The notes beneath the pieces are model-generated. The model saw only the letters and a program-made list of their open reading frames with translations. It was not told the DNA's origin and did not search any database. A program made the position numbers and the translations under genes. A DNA stretch of 50,051 bases from a virus: positions 1 through 50,051 of IMG/VR virus record IMGVR_UViG_3300022670_000458; one strand, given 5' to 3'. Shown one piece after another: positions 1-8,061 of the stretch (position 1 is the first letter of the stretch; the number at the start of each line of letters is the position of its first letter).

Positions 1-144
1 CAGCTTTGAGAGTACGCCCGTTTTCCAAGTCTATTTTCTGTGTCCCAGTCTTATCTACGTTGAATTGCTTGGCAACGATGGCGGCTCGTAGCGCACGCTC
101 TTGGTTCTGCCAAGCCGTGGCATTATGTTTAGCCTCTTGCTGGG
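1..144. repeat. Terminal direct repeat identical to 49908-50051 (contig-end overlap of a circular or circularly permuted genome, unit 49907 bp)
   Basis: Read base by base: 1-144 (cagctttgagagtacgcc...agcctcttgctggg) recurs exactly at 49908-50051. Confidence 0.95.
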
Positions 145-193
145 CGGTAACTGCTTCTTCTAAAGTCATTGACTCGGGGGATGTTTTCGACAT
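1..193 (-). CDS. 5' part of the wrap-around gene (144 aa when joined to 49666-49907); coiled-coil N-terminus, possibly Gp157-like by position
   Basis: ATG at 193 with AAGGAG 7 nt upstream (rc of 201-206). The frame runs in phase through the repeat into ORF 49666-49935. 193+242 nt = 435 nt = 144 codons plus stop. Confidence 0.6.
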   Translation of the reverse strand, partial: MSKTSPESMTLEEAVTAQQEAKHNATAWQNQERALRAAIVAKQFNVDKTGTQKIDLENGRTLKA

Positions 194-247
194 AATGGTG
201 CTCCTTCATAGTTGGGGCTAGATCACAACTTCTAACCAGTTGCATGA

Positions 248-275
248 ACTATAACCAGGTCGGTTTATTATTCAA
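248..275 (-). promoter_or_regulatory. Leftward sigma70-like promoter for the replication/recombination operon
   Basis: Minus strand TTGAAT (275-270), 16-nt spacer, TATAGT (253-248), about 55 nt upstream of the ATG at 193. Confidence 0.45.
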
Positions 276-311
276 GCTAAATAATTTATTTTTATCAATT
301 ATTTTTTACGA

Positions 312-340
312 TTGTAAACGAGTGTTTATAATAGTATACT
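312..340 (+). promoter_or_regulatory. Rightward sigma70-like promoter for the HTH/primase operon
   Basis: TTGTAA (312-317), 17-nt spacer, TATACT (335-340), in the AT-rich divergent intergenic region. Confidence 0.5.
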
Positions 341-378
341 CCACGCGGTAAATGTACCCAATAAACGAAAGGCTGTCA

Positions 379-594
379 ATGGTTGCTAAGAAGAAAAGAC
401 AAGGTACCCTCCTAAAGAGAACGATCGAGCTATGGTATAACAGGCCCATACATATAAGGATTGCAACGATCTCCAAAAAGACCAAGCTTTCCGAAGCATG
501 GTTAAAAGCACTTCCGTATCGCAAAGACCCGTCAGTAAATAAGGTGGAGAAGCTCTACAATTATTTATCCGACACGCCTTTGACATTCAAGTAA
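379..594 (+). CDS. Small basic putative helix-turn-helix DNA-binding protein (71 aa)
   Basis: ORF 352-594. ATG 379 is preferred because the 312-340 promoter would start transcription near 347. HTH-like segment IATISKKTKLSEAWLKAL. First gene of the primase operon. Confidence 0.5.
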   Translation: MVAKKKRQGTLLKRTIELWYNRPIHIRIATISKKTKLSEAWLKALPYRKDPSVNKVEKLYNYLSDTPLTFK

Positions 595-631
595 GAGAAA
601 GCCACCGGCATCGCCGGAGATACGGGAAAGC

Positions 632-2914
632 ATGATCGATTTTATACCCAAGGAAATGCACGCCTATCATCAGTGGGTGTGTTGGAGATATGAGGACCGG
701 CAAGGTACGAAGCCCACAAAGGTTCCGTACTGTCCGCACACAGGGCAGATGGCCAGCGTCACAGACCCTACAAGCTGGTCCTCATTCGAGCAGGCCGTGG
801 CTGGTGTTAATCAAGGGCACTACAGCGGCATTGGTTTCGTTCTTACAGATGATGACCCCTACGGCTTTATCGATCTCGATGATGCGGACGGTGATCAGGA
901 ACGCATTGCACAGCAGAACCTGATTTATCAAACGTTCAATTCATATACAGAGCGTAGCCCAAGCAAGCGCGGATTGCATATCATTATAAAGGGTAAGCTT
1001 CCTAACGGGCGCAAGCGCTCCAAGGTTGAGGTGTACTCCAACCGGCGTTACATGACCATGACCGGCGACATGTACGGTCCTGTTGGAGAGATCAACGATC
1101 GTCAAGACTTTTTCATGCGCTTGTGGGAAGAGATGACCGGCGGAGAAACACCGATCGTCAATGGTAAGAACCAACCGCAGAAAGATTCCGATCAAGTTAT
1201 CCTGACCCGTGGTACACAGGCCACCAACGGCCAGAAGTTCTACGACCTATGGCAGGGCCACTACCAAAACTACTACCCATCACAATCCGAAGCCGACTTC
1301 GCCATGGTGGACATGATCGCGTACTACACCAAGAATCGTGAGCAGATCACACGCATGTTCAGGTTGTGCGGCCTAGGCCAACGTGCTAAAGCACAGCGCC
1401 AAGACTATATGGAACACATGGTAAACAAGAGTTTCGATAGGCAGCTCCCCGAGATTGATTTTGTGGGATTGATGCAGCAAGGTGAAGAGCTCGCAGAGAA
1501 GCCGGCAGTGGCCACACTACCAGAGCCTGTATCGATCGCTAAGGCCCCGTCCAGTCCAACAGATATGCCGATCACATTTCCACCCGGTCTTATGGGTGAC
1601 ATGGCGAGTTTCATTTATCACAGTAGCCCAAGACCTGTTGCCGAAGTGGCCCTTATGGGCGCCATAGGCATGATGGCAGGTATCGCAGGTCGCGCCTACA
1701 ATATAGGAGGCACAGGCCTCAACATGTACCTGCTACTGCTGGCCCCGACCGGGACCGGTAAAGAGGCCTTATCTTCAGGGATAGATAAGCTCTTCGCCTC
1801 GATCAAAACAAACGTCCCTGCTTCCGCCGACTTCAGAGGCCCCGCCGATATCGCGAGTGGCCAGGCACTACAGAAATACTTAGCCAAAAAGAGTGCGTGC
1901 TTTGTTGCTGTGGTTGGAGAATTCGGTCTGACCATGGCGCGTTTGAGTGGTGTACGTGCAAGCGTATCCGACCTGGCTCTAAAGCGTGTGCTACTAGACG
2001 TGTTCAACAAATCAGGTAAAGGGCAAACCATGCAGGCTCTTATCTATTCAGATAAGGACAAGAACACGGAGCCGATAACAGCGCCGGCGTTTACACTGCT
2101 AGGTGAGTCAACACCAGAAAGTTTCTACAACAACTTAGATGAGAGCATGATCCATGACGGCCTACTACCACGCTTCATGATCACAGCATACAAAGGCCCC
2201 CGGCCGGCATTATGCGAGGGTCACAAGAACGTGGTGCCCGCTCCTGAGTTGGTGCACCAGCTCGAAACATTGGCCGCCAACTGCTTACGTTTGGATCAAC
2301 ACGAGATTGTTGTGGACGTGCCGGCCGACGAAGAAGCCGCCGTCCTACTCCGTCAAATAGATACAGACGTAACGGCCAGAATGAACGCATCAGATCAAGA
2401 GACATTGAAACAGGTGTGGAACAGAGTACATCTAAAAACCATGAGGCTCTCGGCGCTCGTTGCTGTGGGCATCAACCCAAACAATCCAGTCATAACCAAG
2501 CCCACAGTAAAATGGGCATATGATGTGGTCATGCGTAATGTAAGTGACATGATCTATCGTTTTGCCAAAGGCCTTATTGGTGGTGAGCAGGACGAGGCGC
2601 ACCAGGCCGAAGACTTAGTGCAAACGGTACGCATGTACCTAAAAACAACACCCCTGCACCTTGCCAAATACGGCGTCAATAGCACGATGCATAAAGAGCG
2701 TGTGGTTGGGTACTCATACCTATACAAACGGTTGGCCGTTATGGCGAGCTTTAGAAAAGATAGGTATGGTGCCGCCAATGCACTCAAGAAACACGTACAG
2801 ATTTTGCTTGACTCTGGTGACATTGTAGAGTTGACAGCCAACCAGGTGGGCGAACGATATGGTAAGCGTGGACGATGCTTCGCCATTGTGAATCTTCAAA
2901 GGTTTACGGAGTAA
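632..2914 (+). CDS. Bifunctional primase-polymerase (AEP) / P4-D5-type helicase
   Basis: 760-aa ORF. N-terminal prim-pol signatures GFIDLDD and KRGLHIIIKG. Central Walker A LLAPTGTGKE. GGAGA upstream of the ATG. Confidence 0.85.
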   Translation: MIDFIPKEMHAYHQWVCWRYEDRQGTKPTKVPYCPHTGQMASVTDPTSWSSFEQAVAGVNQGHYSGIGFVLTDDDPYGFIDLDDADGDQERIAQQNLIYQTFNSYTERSPSKRGLHIIIKGKLPNGRKRSKVEVYSNRRYMTMTGDMYGPVGEINDRQDFFMRLWEEMTGGETPIVNGKNQPQKDSDQVILTRGTQATNGQKFYDLWQGHYQNYYPSQSEADFAMVDMIAYYTKNREQITRMFRLCGLGQRAKAQRQDYMEHMVNKSFDRQLPEIDFVGLMQQGEELAEKPAVATLPEPVSIAKAPSSPTDMPITFPPGLMGDMASFIYHSSPRPVAEVALMGAIGMMAGIAGRAYNIGGTGLNMYLLLLAPTGTGKEALSSGIDKLFASIKTNVPASADFRGPADIASGQALQKYLAKKSACFVAVVGEFGLTMARLSGVRASVSDLALKRVLLDVFNKSGKGQTMQALIYSDKDKNTEPITAPAFTLLGESTPESFYNNLDESMIHDGLLPRFMITAYKGPRPALCEGHKNVVPAPELVHQLETLAANCLRLDQHEIVVDVPADEEAAVLLRQIDTDVTARMNASDQETLKQVWNRVHLKTMRLSALVAVGINPNNPVITKPTVKWAYDVVMRNVSDMIYRFAKGLIGGEQDEAHQAEDLVQTVRMYLKTTPLHLAKYGVNSTMHKERVVGYSYLYKRLAVMASFRKDRYGAANALKKHVQILLDSGDIVELTANQVGERYGKRGRCFAIVNLQRFTE

Positions 2915-3231
2915 TGACGTTTTGGGATCGAGTAGATAAAACAAGCACGTGCTGGGTATGGTCCGGGTGGAAAAATGATAAAGGCTATGGGCTCCTAACC
3001 ATACGAGGCGTGCGACGCCGTGCCCACAGATATGTCTTTGAGCTGTTTGGTTTTGTGGTCCCCAAAGACAAAGTGATCCTCCATAAATGCGACAACCGCG
3101 CATGCGTTAGACCATCGCACCTTACCATAGGTACTCAAAAAGAAAACATGCATGATTGCATAAAGAAAGGCCGTCATGTTTGTGTTAAAAGAAAAAAGCG
3201 ATCCGAAGACCGCCTTTTCCCGAGACACTGA
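2914..3231 (+). CDS. HNH endonuclease (HNH_3 type, 105 aa)
   Basis: ATG 2914 overlaps the primase stop (TAATG). Core HKCDNRACVRPSHLTIGTQKENMHD. Confidence 0.8.
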   Translation: MTFWDRVDKTSTCWVWSGWKNDKGYGLLTIRGVRRRAHRYVFELFGFVVPKDKVILHKCDNRACVRPSHLTIGTQKENMHDCIKKGRHVCVKRKKRSEDRLFPRH

Positions 3232-3278
3232 CGAAAGAGAAAACCTTCACAAAGGAAAGTAGCTCTTACTTTACTACG

Positions 3279-3605
3279 TTATTTGTCGTTGTCAACATTA
3301 TTCTTTTGGTGCTCATGCCAGGCATCCATAAGCGTAATCGATCGACGCCAGAATTTGACGTTTGAGATGCGTATCTTCGTAAACCCGCAAAGTTTATCGC
3401 GCTCTTCTCGGTATAGCTCTGCCGCAGCCATCCCAGGCATCTCATCGCCTCGGGCCTCAAACCATTTTAGCATCTCGTCTGCTGCCTTCACAACAGAAGA
3501 AAGACGCCTCTTTGTAAGATCGTGGTACATCATTTCCTCTATGTAATTACACAGCAGGCATTTCGCGTCCGGCGTGGCGTGCTTTTCACATTTGATGGTA
3601 CTCAT
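3279..3605 (-). CDS. Hypothetical early protein (108 aa)
   Basis: ORF 3279-3632. The internal ATG at 3605 (MSTIKCEKH) is preferred over the GTG at 3632. Last gene of the leftward operon, tail-to-tail with HNH. Confidence 0.55.
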   Translation of the reverse strand: MSTIKCEKHATPDAKCLLCNYIEEMMYHDLTKRRLSSVVKAADEMLKWFEARGDEMPGMAAAELYREERDKLCGFTKIRISNVKFWRRSITLMDAWHEHQKNNVDNDK

Positions 3606-3693
3606 GATTTGTCTCGGGACTCGTCGTACCACCCGAGGAGTATATAAAGCGCGATCATGTCTAAGGCTGGAATAAAGAAGTCCAAGAAATCCA

Positions 3694-3993
3694 TCAGCTT
3701 ATCCCAATCTCGGTCAACTCAATACCGTTGTGCTTTGCTGTGGCTTTCAAGAAAGCAATAGCGTTTTCTTTTGGGCCTTCGATTGTGCAGCCAAAGCGGA
3801 ATTCACGCCCTTCGATGTAGACATGGCAGTATTCATTACGCTCTACACTGTCTAAAATATACTCCACACCCGCTTTATAAGGGGCACCCTCGCGGTTCAT
3901 TTTAGCTGAACGCCCGAAGCCGGTATAGTTGGTGCCTCCCATGAAAATTGGTTTGTCATTGCCCACAGGATGGTCCTCTGGTGTTTCAATCAT
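3694..3993 (-). CDS. Hypothetical early protein (99 aa)
   Basis: ATG at 3993 overlaps the upstream stop (ATGA). AGGAG 9 nt upstream. Confidence 0.6.
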   Translation of the reverse strand: MIETPEDHPVGNDKPIFMGGTNYTGFGRSAKMNREGAPYKAGVEYILDSVERNEYCHVYIEGREFRFGCTIEGPKENAIAFLKATAKHNGIELTEIGIS

Positions 3994-4265
3994 GCTGGTT
4001 GCTCCTGTCTGGACGTCCAATTGTCCCATTCGTCCTTGGTTATTTTATACTTGTTGTAAATGGAGTTGGGTATGCGCGACTCATCAATGTATTCAGGATC
4101 TCCATTATATGGTTGACCGATAAACTCAGTTGCCATAGGGATTCTATTACCGATTTGCACACATCCCATACACGCGCAAGCACCGTTTTCCCCGCCGCAC
4201 CATCTAGCGCGCCAGTTGAGCGGGATCATCTCCATCAAGGCGTCAATCTCTGCCTCGGTTCTCAT
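3990..4265 (-). CDS. Hypothetical Cys-rich early protein (91 aa, CGGENGACACMGC)
   Basis: ATGA overlap with the upstream gene at 4262-4265. Confidence 0.65.
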   Translation of the reverse strand: MRTEAEIDALMEMIPLNWRARWCGGENGACACMGCVQIGNRIPMATEFIGQPYNGDPEYIDESRIPNSIYNKYKITKDEWDNWTSRQEQPA

Positions 4266-4576
4266 GCGTCCTCCATAATTTTTAGGGCACGGGATACCAA
4301 ACTCTGGGCAGCGCTGCCGGACTCGTAAGGTGTGTAAGGCATTCTGGACAGATCCCCTATGAGATCATGCGCCTCTGCCAACTTCTCAGCGTCTGTCTTT
4401 ATCTTACCTGCCTGATCTTCTTCCAACTTTACCCAATCCAGCAGGTCTTTTGCAAACTGATCATTTTCGCCAGCCAACGCTAAGGCATAAGTCTGCATCG
4501 CCTTCCTACTGGCCACCGCATAGGCATCAGTCCCGCTTGGTTTCAACACCAAATACTTCGCGCGTAATCCGTCCAT
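4262..4576 (-). CDS. Hypothetical early protein (104 aa)
   Basis: ATG 4576 overlaps the upstream TGA by 1 nt (TGATG). GTG 4579 is an alternative start. Confidence 0.65.
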   Translation of the reverse strand: MDGLRAKYLVLKPSGTDAYAVASRKAMQTYALALAGENDQFAKDLLDWVKLEEDQAGKIKTDAEKLAEAHDLIGDLSRMPYTPYESGSAAQSLVSRALKIMEDA

Positions 4577-4770
4577 CACTCACCTTCTTTCAATGGTAGA
4601 GGACTGACAAAGGTGCGCGTGATCTCCGTCTCTACGTCGAAACCATGCCTACATCTAGGGCAGTACACGTCGTGAGTCCCTTCGTCGTGTACCTCGAAAA
4701 CATAATACCCATCTACAGAATGCGCTGCTACTTTACATTTGGGACAGCGGATATGTGTGGTGCTCCTCAC
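4576..4770 (-). CDS. Zinc-ribbon mini-protein (64 aa)
   Basis: GTG start in a GTGA overlap with the upstream stop. CPKC...CPRC pair. Confidence 0.65.
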   Translation of the reverse strand: MRSTTHIRCPKCKVAAHSVDGYYVFEVHDEGTHDVYCPRCRHGFDVETEITRTFVSPLPLKEGE

Positions 4771-5096
4771 GCTGCCTCCACTTCCACAAACAGGTTGTAC
4801 TCATATGAGTTTTCGCCTTTGTCAAAGCTCATAAGGTTAATGTCGTAGTTAGACGTACGCCCTTCAAGATCCGAAGCCTCGAAGTTGGCTACAGGATCAC
4901 CGCCCTGAAGCACTGCAAACAACATAGAAAGCGTTATGTCGATTGTGGTTGATGACAGCTCGCCAAGGTCCAGGTAAAACTCAGCCTCAAGAGGTCCGTC
5001 GTCTGTACCACGTTCGGCAAGGTCAAGGCGTATATCGTCAAACTCTTTCGCAATCTCTCTTTCGATGACTTCCATAATAAGTTTCTTGTTGAACAT
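4767..5096 (-). CDS. Strongly acidic early protein (109 aa, about 25 D/E versus 8 K/R)
   Basis: ATG 5096 with CTAAAGGAAAG RBS. First gene downstream of the promoter at 5129-5156. Confidence 0.7.
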   Translation of the reverse strand: MFNKKLIMEVIEREIAKEFDDIRLDLAERGTDDGPLEAEFYLDLGELSSTTIDITLSMLFAVLQGGDPVANFEASDLEGRTSNYDINLMSFDKGENSYEYNLFVEVEAA

Positions 5097-5128
5097 GTTT
5101 CTTTCCTTTAGTTATTTGATCTACATAC

Positions 5129-5156
5129 AGTATACGGTGAGGTATACGATAGTCAA
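5129..5156 (-). promoter_or_regulatory. Leftward near-consensus sigma70 promoter (internal early promoter)
   Basis: Minus strand TTGACT (5156-5151), 16-nt spacer, TATACT (5134-5129). Shares the core TTGAC-ATCGTA-AC with the promoter at 8484. Confidence 0.6.
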
Positions 5157-5169
5157 CTATAATCTACGA

Positions 5170-5373
5170 TTATTTATCAATAAATTTTACCCTAGACATA
5201 TCGCAATATACCATCACACCTTCTTCCGTCTCAACTAAAGCCTTGACGGTACAATCCTCCATAGTCACCCAGAGATGGAACCAGCCGTCAAGACCGACAG
5301 GGTTGTTCTTTGTGACGAGTGTGGGCTTGCTGTAAATCTCCACCCTACGTAATTGTTCTCTTTTATGAAACAT
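5170..5373 (-). CDS. Hypothetical early protein (67 aa)
   Basis: ORF 5170-5400. ATG 5373 is preferred (AAGAGG 6 nt upstream). ATG 5400 is an alternative start. Confidence 0.55.
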   Translation of the reverse strand: MFHKREQLRRVEIYSKPTLVTKNNPVGLDGWFHLWVTMEDCTVKALVETEEGVMVYCDMSRVKFIDK

Positions 5374-5866
5374 TGTTGCCTCTTTTTCTGTTATGCGCAT
5401 CCATCGTATCCATACGTTGGTTCAGTTCTTTCAAAGCTTTGATTATGAATTCATTAGAGCTGGATGAGGCGGACAAAGACACGGTGTGACGTGCGAGCCA
5501 TTCTTGGTGGGCCACGACTTCTCTGGTAACTTTTTCCAAACGATCCCCCATGAGCAGCGCCTTTTCCTCCAGTCCATAGCAACTCTGGACGAGGTCGGAG
5601 ACGATATTTCTGATTTCTTCCATAGGTAAGGCGTGGTCTTTTTTGATCGCTTCCTTGGCCCACGACTCTGCTGGGCTTTTTGGTGGCGTCTCCATAACAA
5701 CCGTAGGCATGTGGGCCACATCCTCTTCGCGCATTTCATGGCGCAGCACATTTAGGCACCACTTGATCCCTTCCTGACGAAAAGTCTGATAGGGGTTGTG
5801 CTCATCTTTACCTAAATCAGCCGCGTCTTGAAATGTCTCAATTATCTTATTCAAATCAATCATCAT
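5363..5866 (-). CDS. Hypothetical early protein (167 aa)
   Basis: Tandem ATGATG start preceded by CTAAAGGAG. Confidence 0.7.
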   Translation of the reverse strand: MMIDLNKIIETFQDAADLGKDEHNPYQTFRQEGIKWCLNVLRHEMREEDVAHMPTVVMETPPKSPAESWAKEAIKKDHALPMEEIRNIVSDLVQSCYGLEEKALLMGDRLEKVTREVVAHQEWLARHTVSLSASSSSNEFIIKALKELNQRMDTMDAHNRKRGNNVS

Positions 5867-5887
5867 TTTCTCCTTTAGAGTAAGTTT

Positions 5888-6697
5888 TTATTTACCGACA
5901 ACTCTGTAGTCTTTTTTACACATGACGGCATCTTCCGGGCCTTTATAGTGCGGCGCAATACGTATCATCCTGTACTGGGTACGCCCCTTACCGTAAGGCT
6001 GGCGTCGCCAGTGACCTCTAACAATGAAGCGTTTATTTATCGCTGAACCTTTACTACGCATGGATGCGTGATGCTGTACGCCGCGCCCTACAAGGATGTC
6101 GCCAGTAGGTTCGTCTATTCTACGCCTTTTACGCCCTTTACCCGTAACCACTTTCCGTGTGATCTCCGTTTGCTCATTATTTTTAGAATTTAGGTACAGT
6201 AGTGTGTGCTGCAGTACCAGAACCATCGCTACAAGCATATGCCCGTCATCGACTCCGTCAAAAAGTTTGAGAGCCAGCCCCTCATCTATTTGATGTAGCT
6301 CGCCACCAGCGTAGTTAATGTCGTCGCCCAATCCCATAAAAAATATACCATCACTTTCTTTCATAACCAACAACCAGAAGTCGTGTATGTCGTCTGGAGT
6401 GTTTACGTACGATGCGCGATAGTTAAGCATAAATACGTCGAACGGGAAGCACATGTCATCGATACATAGCCCACTCGGTAGATCTGTGTCTTCAAAAGAA
6501 GAAAGAAGCCCGCTTGATATAAAAAACGTGCGCGGATCGACATCATTCACCTTATCGCACAAAAAACCCAACTGCCCATGTATCGGTAAGAGAGCTTGAT
6601 CTGCGGTCACTGGGAGGGGTTTACGAACACCCTCCGATAACCGCCGACCTACAGGGTCTTTATGTAAGAATTCGTGTAATGTTCGTCGTTTCATCAT
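5888..6697 (-). CDS. Hypothetical early protein (269 aa) with a highly basic C-terminal third
   Basis: ORF 5888-6715. ATG 6697/6694 follows AAGGAG, which overlaps the upstream stop. C-terminus GKGRKRRRI...RFIVRGHWRRQPYGKGRTQYRMIRIAPHYKGP. Confidence 0.7.
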   Translation of the reverse strand: MMKRRTLHEFLHKDPVGRRLSEGVRKPLPVTADQALLPIHGQLGFLCDKVNDVDPRTFFISSGLLSSFEDTDLPSGLCIDDMCFPFDVFMLNYRASYVNTPDDIHDFWLLVMKESDGIFFMGLGDDINYAGGELHQIDEGLALKLFDGVDDGHMLVAMVLVLQHTLLYLNSKNNEQTEITRKVVTGKGRKRRRIDEPTGDILVGRGVQHHASMRSKGSAINKRFIVRGHWRRQPYGKGRTQYRMIRIAPHYKGPEDAVMCKKDYRVVGK

Positions 6698-6705
6698 TGT
6701 CTCCT

Positions 6706-7134
6706 TTATGCCCACTCGGCTTTTGTATATTCATCCGTGCTTATAATGATCATGTGGCCGATGTAGTCTAGCACCGCGTGCCAGGCCATGTACAGCTTCG
6801 AATCAAGGACCCCACCTTCAACATATTGATAAAGGAAGCCCCTCAGATATTTGTAGGCCTGCATGGTATCGACCAGACCTAATGACACATACTGGTACGC
6901 TACAGGCCTATAGCGGACCTTCACGGCTCTTTCATTCATAGCAGCCATGATATGCCCACAATTCTCCAAACCCTCACAGGCCATGTCGTTGGTCGTCTCA
7001 AGGCTTATGGCCAAACCACAAGACACAGCCAATCGAGCGAGATGTGTACCACCTGGTCTGTCGTACGAAATGGTTGAGTGTATCCATCCCAAAATGCTGT
7101 TGATGACCTTATCCTCTACGATGTGTGGGCTCAT
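6706..7134 (-). CDS. Hypothetical early protein (142 aa)
   Basis: ATGA overlap with the upstream gene at 7131-7134. Confidence 0.7.
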   Translation of the reverse strand: MSPHIVEDKVINSILGWIHSTISYDRPGGTHLARLAVSCGLAISLETTNDMACEGLENCGHIMAAMNERAVKVRYRPVAYQYVSLGLVDTMQAYKYLRGFLYQYVEGGVLDSKLYMAWHAVLDYIGHMIIISTDEYTKAEWA

Positions 7135-7367
7135 GATTCTTCTTTCTTTATAGTTGTGGGTTTTACATCGTCAAAGCGTATTTTGTACAGGTCCATAAGC
7201 TGGACAGCACCATCAGCAAATTGAACAATGGCGCATGTGTGCGGTCCCACAATATTGTCGTCACCTTGCGCAATGGTGTGTACACCGAAGCCTATGAATG
7301 TGGCCGTGTATTCTTCTGGCGGTTGTCTAGTCTTTGTCCATGTAAATACTGTTATTGGTCTATCCAT
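7131..7367 (-). CDS. Hypothetical early protein (78 aa), first gene of the leftward early operon
   Basis: ATG 7367 preceded by AAGGAG, with the promoter 30 nt further upstream. Confidence 0.7.
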   Translation of the reverse strand: MDRPITVFTWTKTRQPPEEYTATFIGFGVHTIAQGDDNIVGPHTCAIVQFADGAVQLMDLYKIRFDDVKPTTIKKEES

Positions 7368-7395
7368 CGTTGTCTCCTTTGTTAGTTACGCCAGA

Positions 7396-7423
7396 AGTAT
7401 ACGGTATGTTTAGTGGGTGTCAA
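7396..7423 (-). promoter_or_regulatory. Leftward near-consensus sigma70 early promoter
   Basis: Minus strand TTGACA (7423-7418), 16-nt spacer, TATACT (7401-7396). Confidence 0.6.
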
Positions 7424-7846
7424 TATATGTTTTATAGTTTATTTATATTTTATTTATACGGTATGTTATCCTCTAATACGATCTCCTAATAAATGAAAAG
7501 TGTATACGAGATACGTTCTCCTGATAAATTTATACGTAGTTCTCGTACGATATTTCAAGTCATTGTGGTTATTAGACTTATGGCTATAATTGTCACGGAA
7601 TGGTGCTTGATGTACTAGCAACATACTGGTATCAAAGGCTTTAGATACTAATTTCGTTTTGACGGAATGTAACGGAATGTGTTTTTGGGCGATATAAGTC
7701 TTTACTACCAAAGGGATTAACCCTTCTATACATCTAATACATCAAAATCCGAGCTTACAAAGAGGAACCAAGGTACGGATGTATAGTAGTTATGCTGTTA
7801 TACGTGGTAATATACGCTATAATATACGTTACCTGTATACGTTATA

Positions 7847-7866
7847 ATATATATATATATATATAT
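7847..7866. repeat. (AT)10 dinucleotide tract
   Basis: Read directly: atatatatatatatatatat. Confidence 0.9.
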
Positions 7867-8032
7867 TAATATATTAATACATAAAGTACTGAAAACAAAG
7901 GACTTACGGGTACATCAACTACCTTTCACACAATTCTACGTAGTTTATGGCGTATTTTATACCGTATTTCGCTACTACATATAAAGACGTAGTCAAGCAT
8001 AATATTTATATTTTATTTATAACGTATACTAG

Positions 8033-8061
8033 TTGACAATTCACTTCAACTTTGGTAAAGT
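8033..8061 (+). promoter_or_regulatory. Rightward near-consensus sigma70 early promoter
   Basis: TTGACA (8033-8038), 17-nt spacer, TAAAGT (8056-8061), followed by AGGAGG and the ATG at 8086. Confidence 0.7.

Noticed and set aside
6-221. 71-aa plus-strand ORF at the window start
   Set aside because: It is the shadow of the minus-strand wrap-around gene, which has an ATG plus AAGGAG and continues in frame across the terminal repeat.
7466-7711. 81-aa minus-strand ORF inside the AT-rich control region
   Set aside because: TTG start, no RBS of the CTAAAGGAG type used throughout the genome, and a K/R/H/Y/T-rich composition expected from random AT-rich sequence. It overlaps the repeat elements.
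7770-7838. 22-aa ORF (MYSSYAVIRGNIRYNIRYLYTL) within the TATACG repeat block
   Set aside because: Its sequence is dictated by the DNA repeats, the RBS is poor, and it is more plausibly non-coding.
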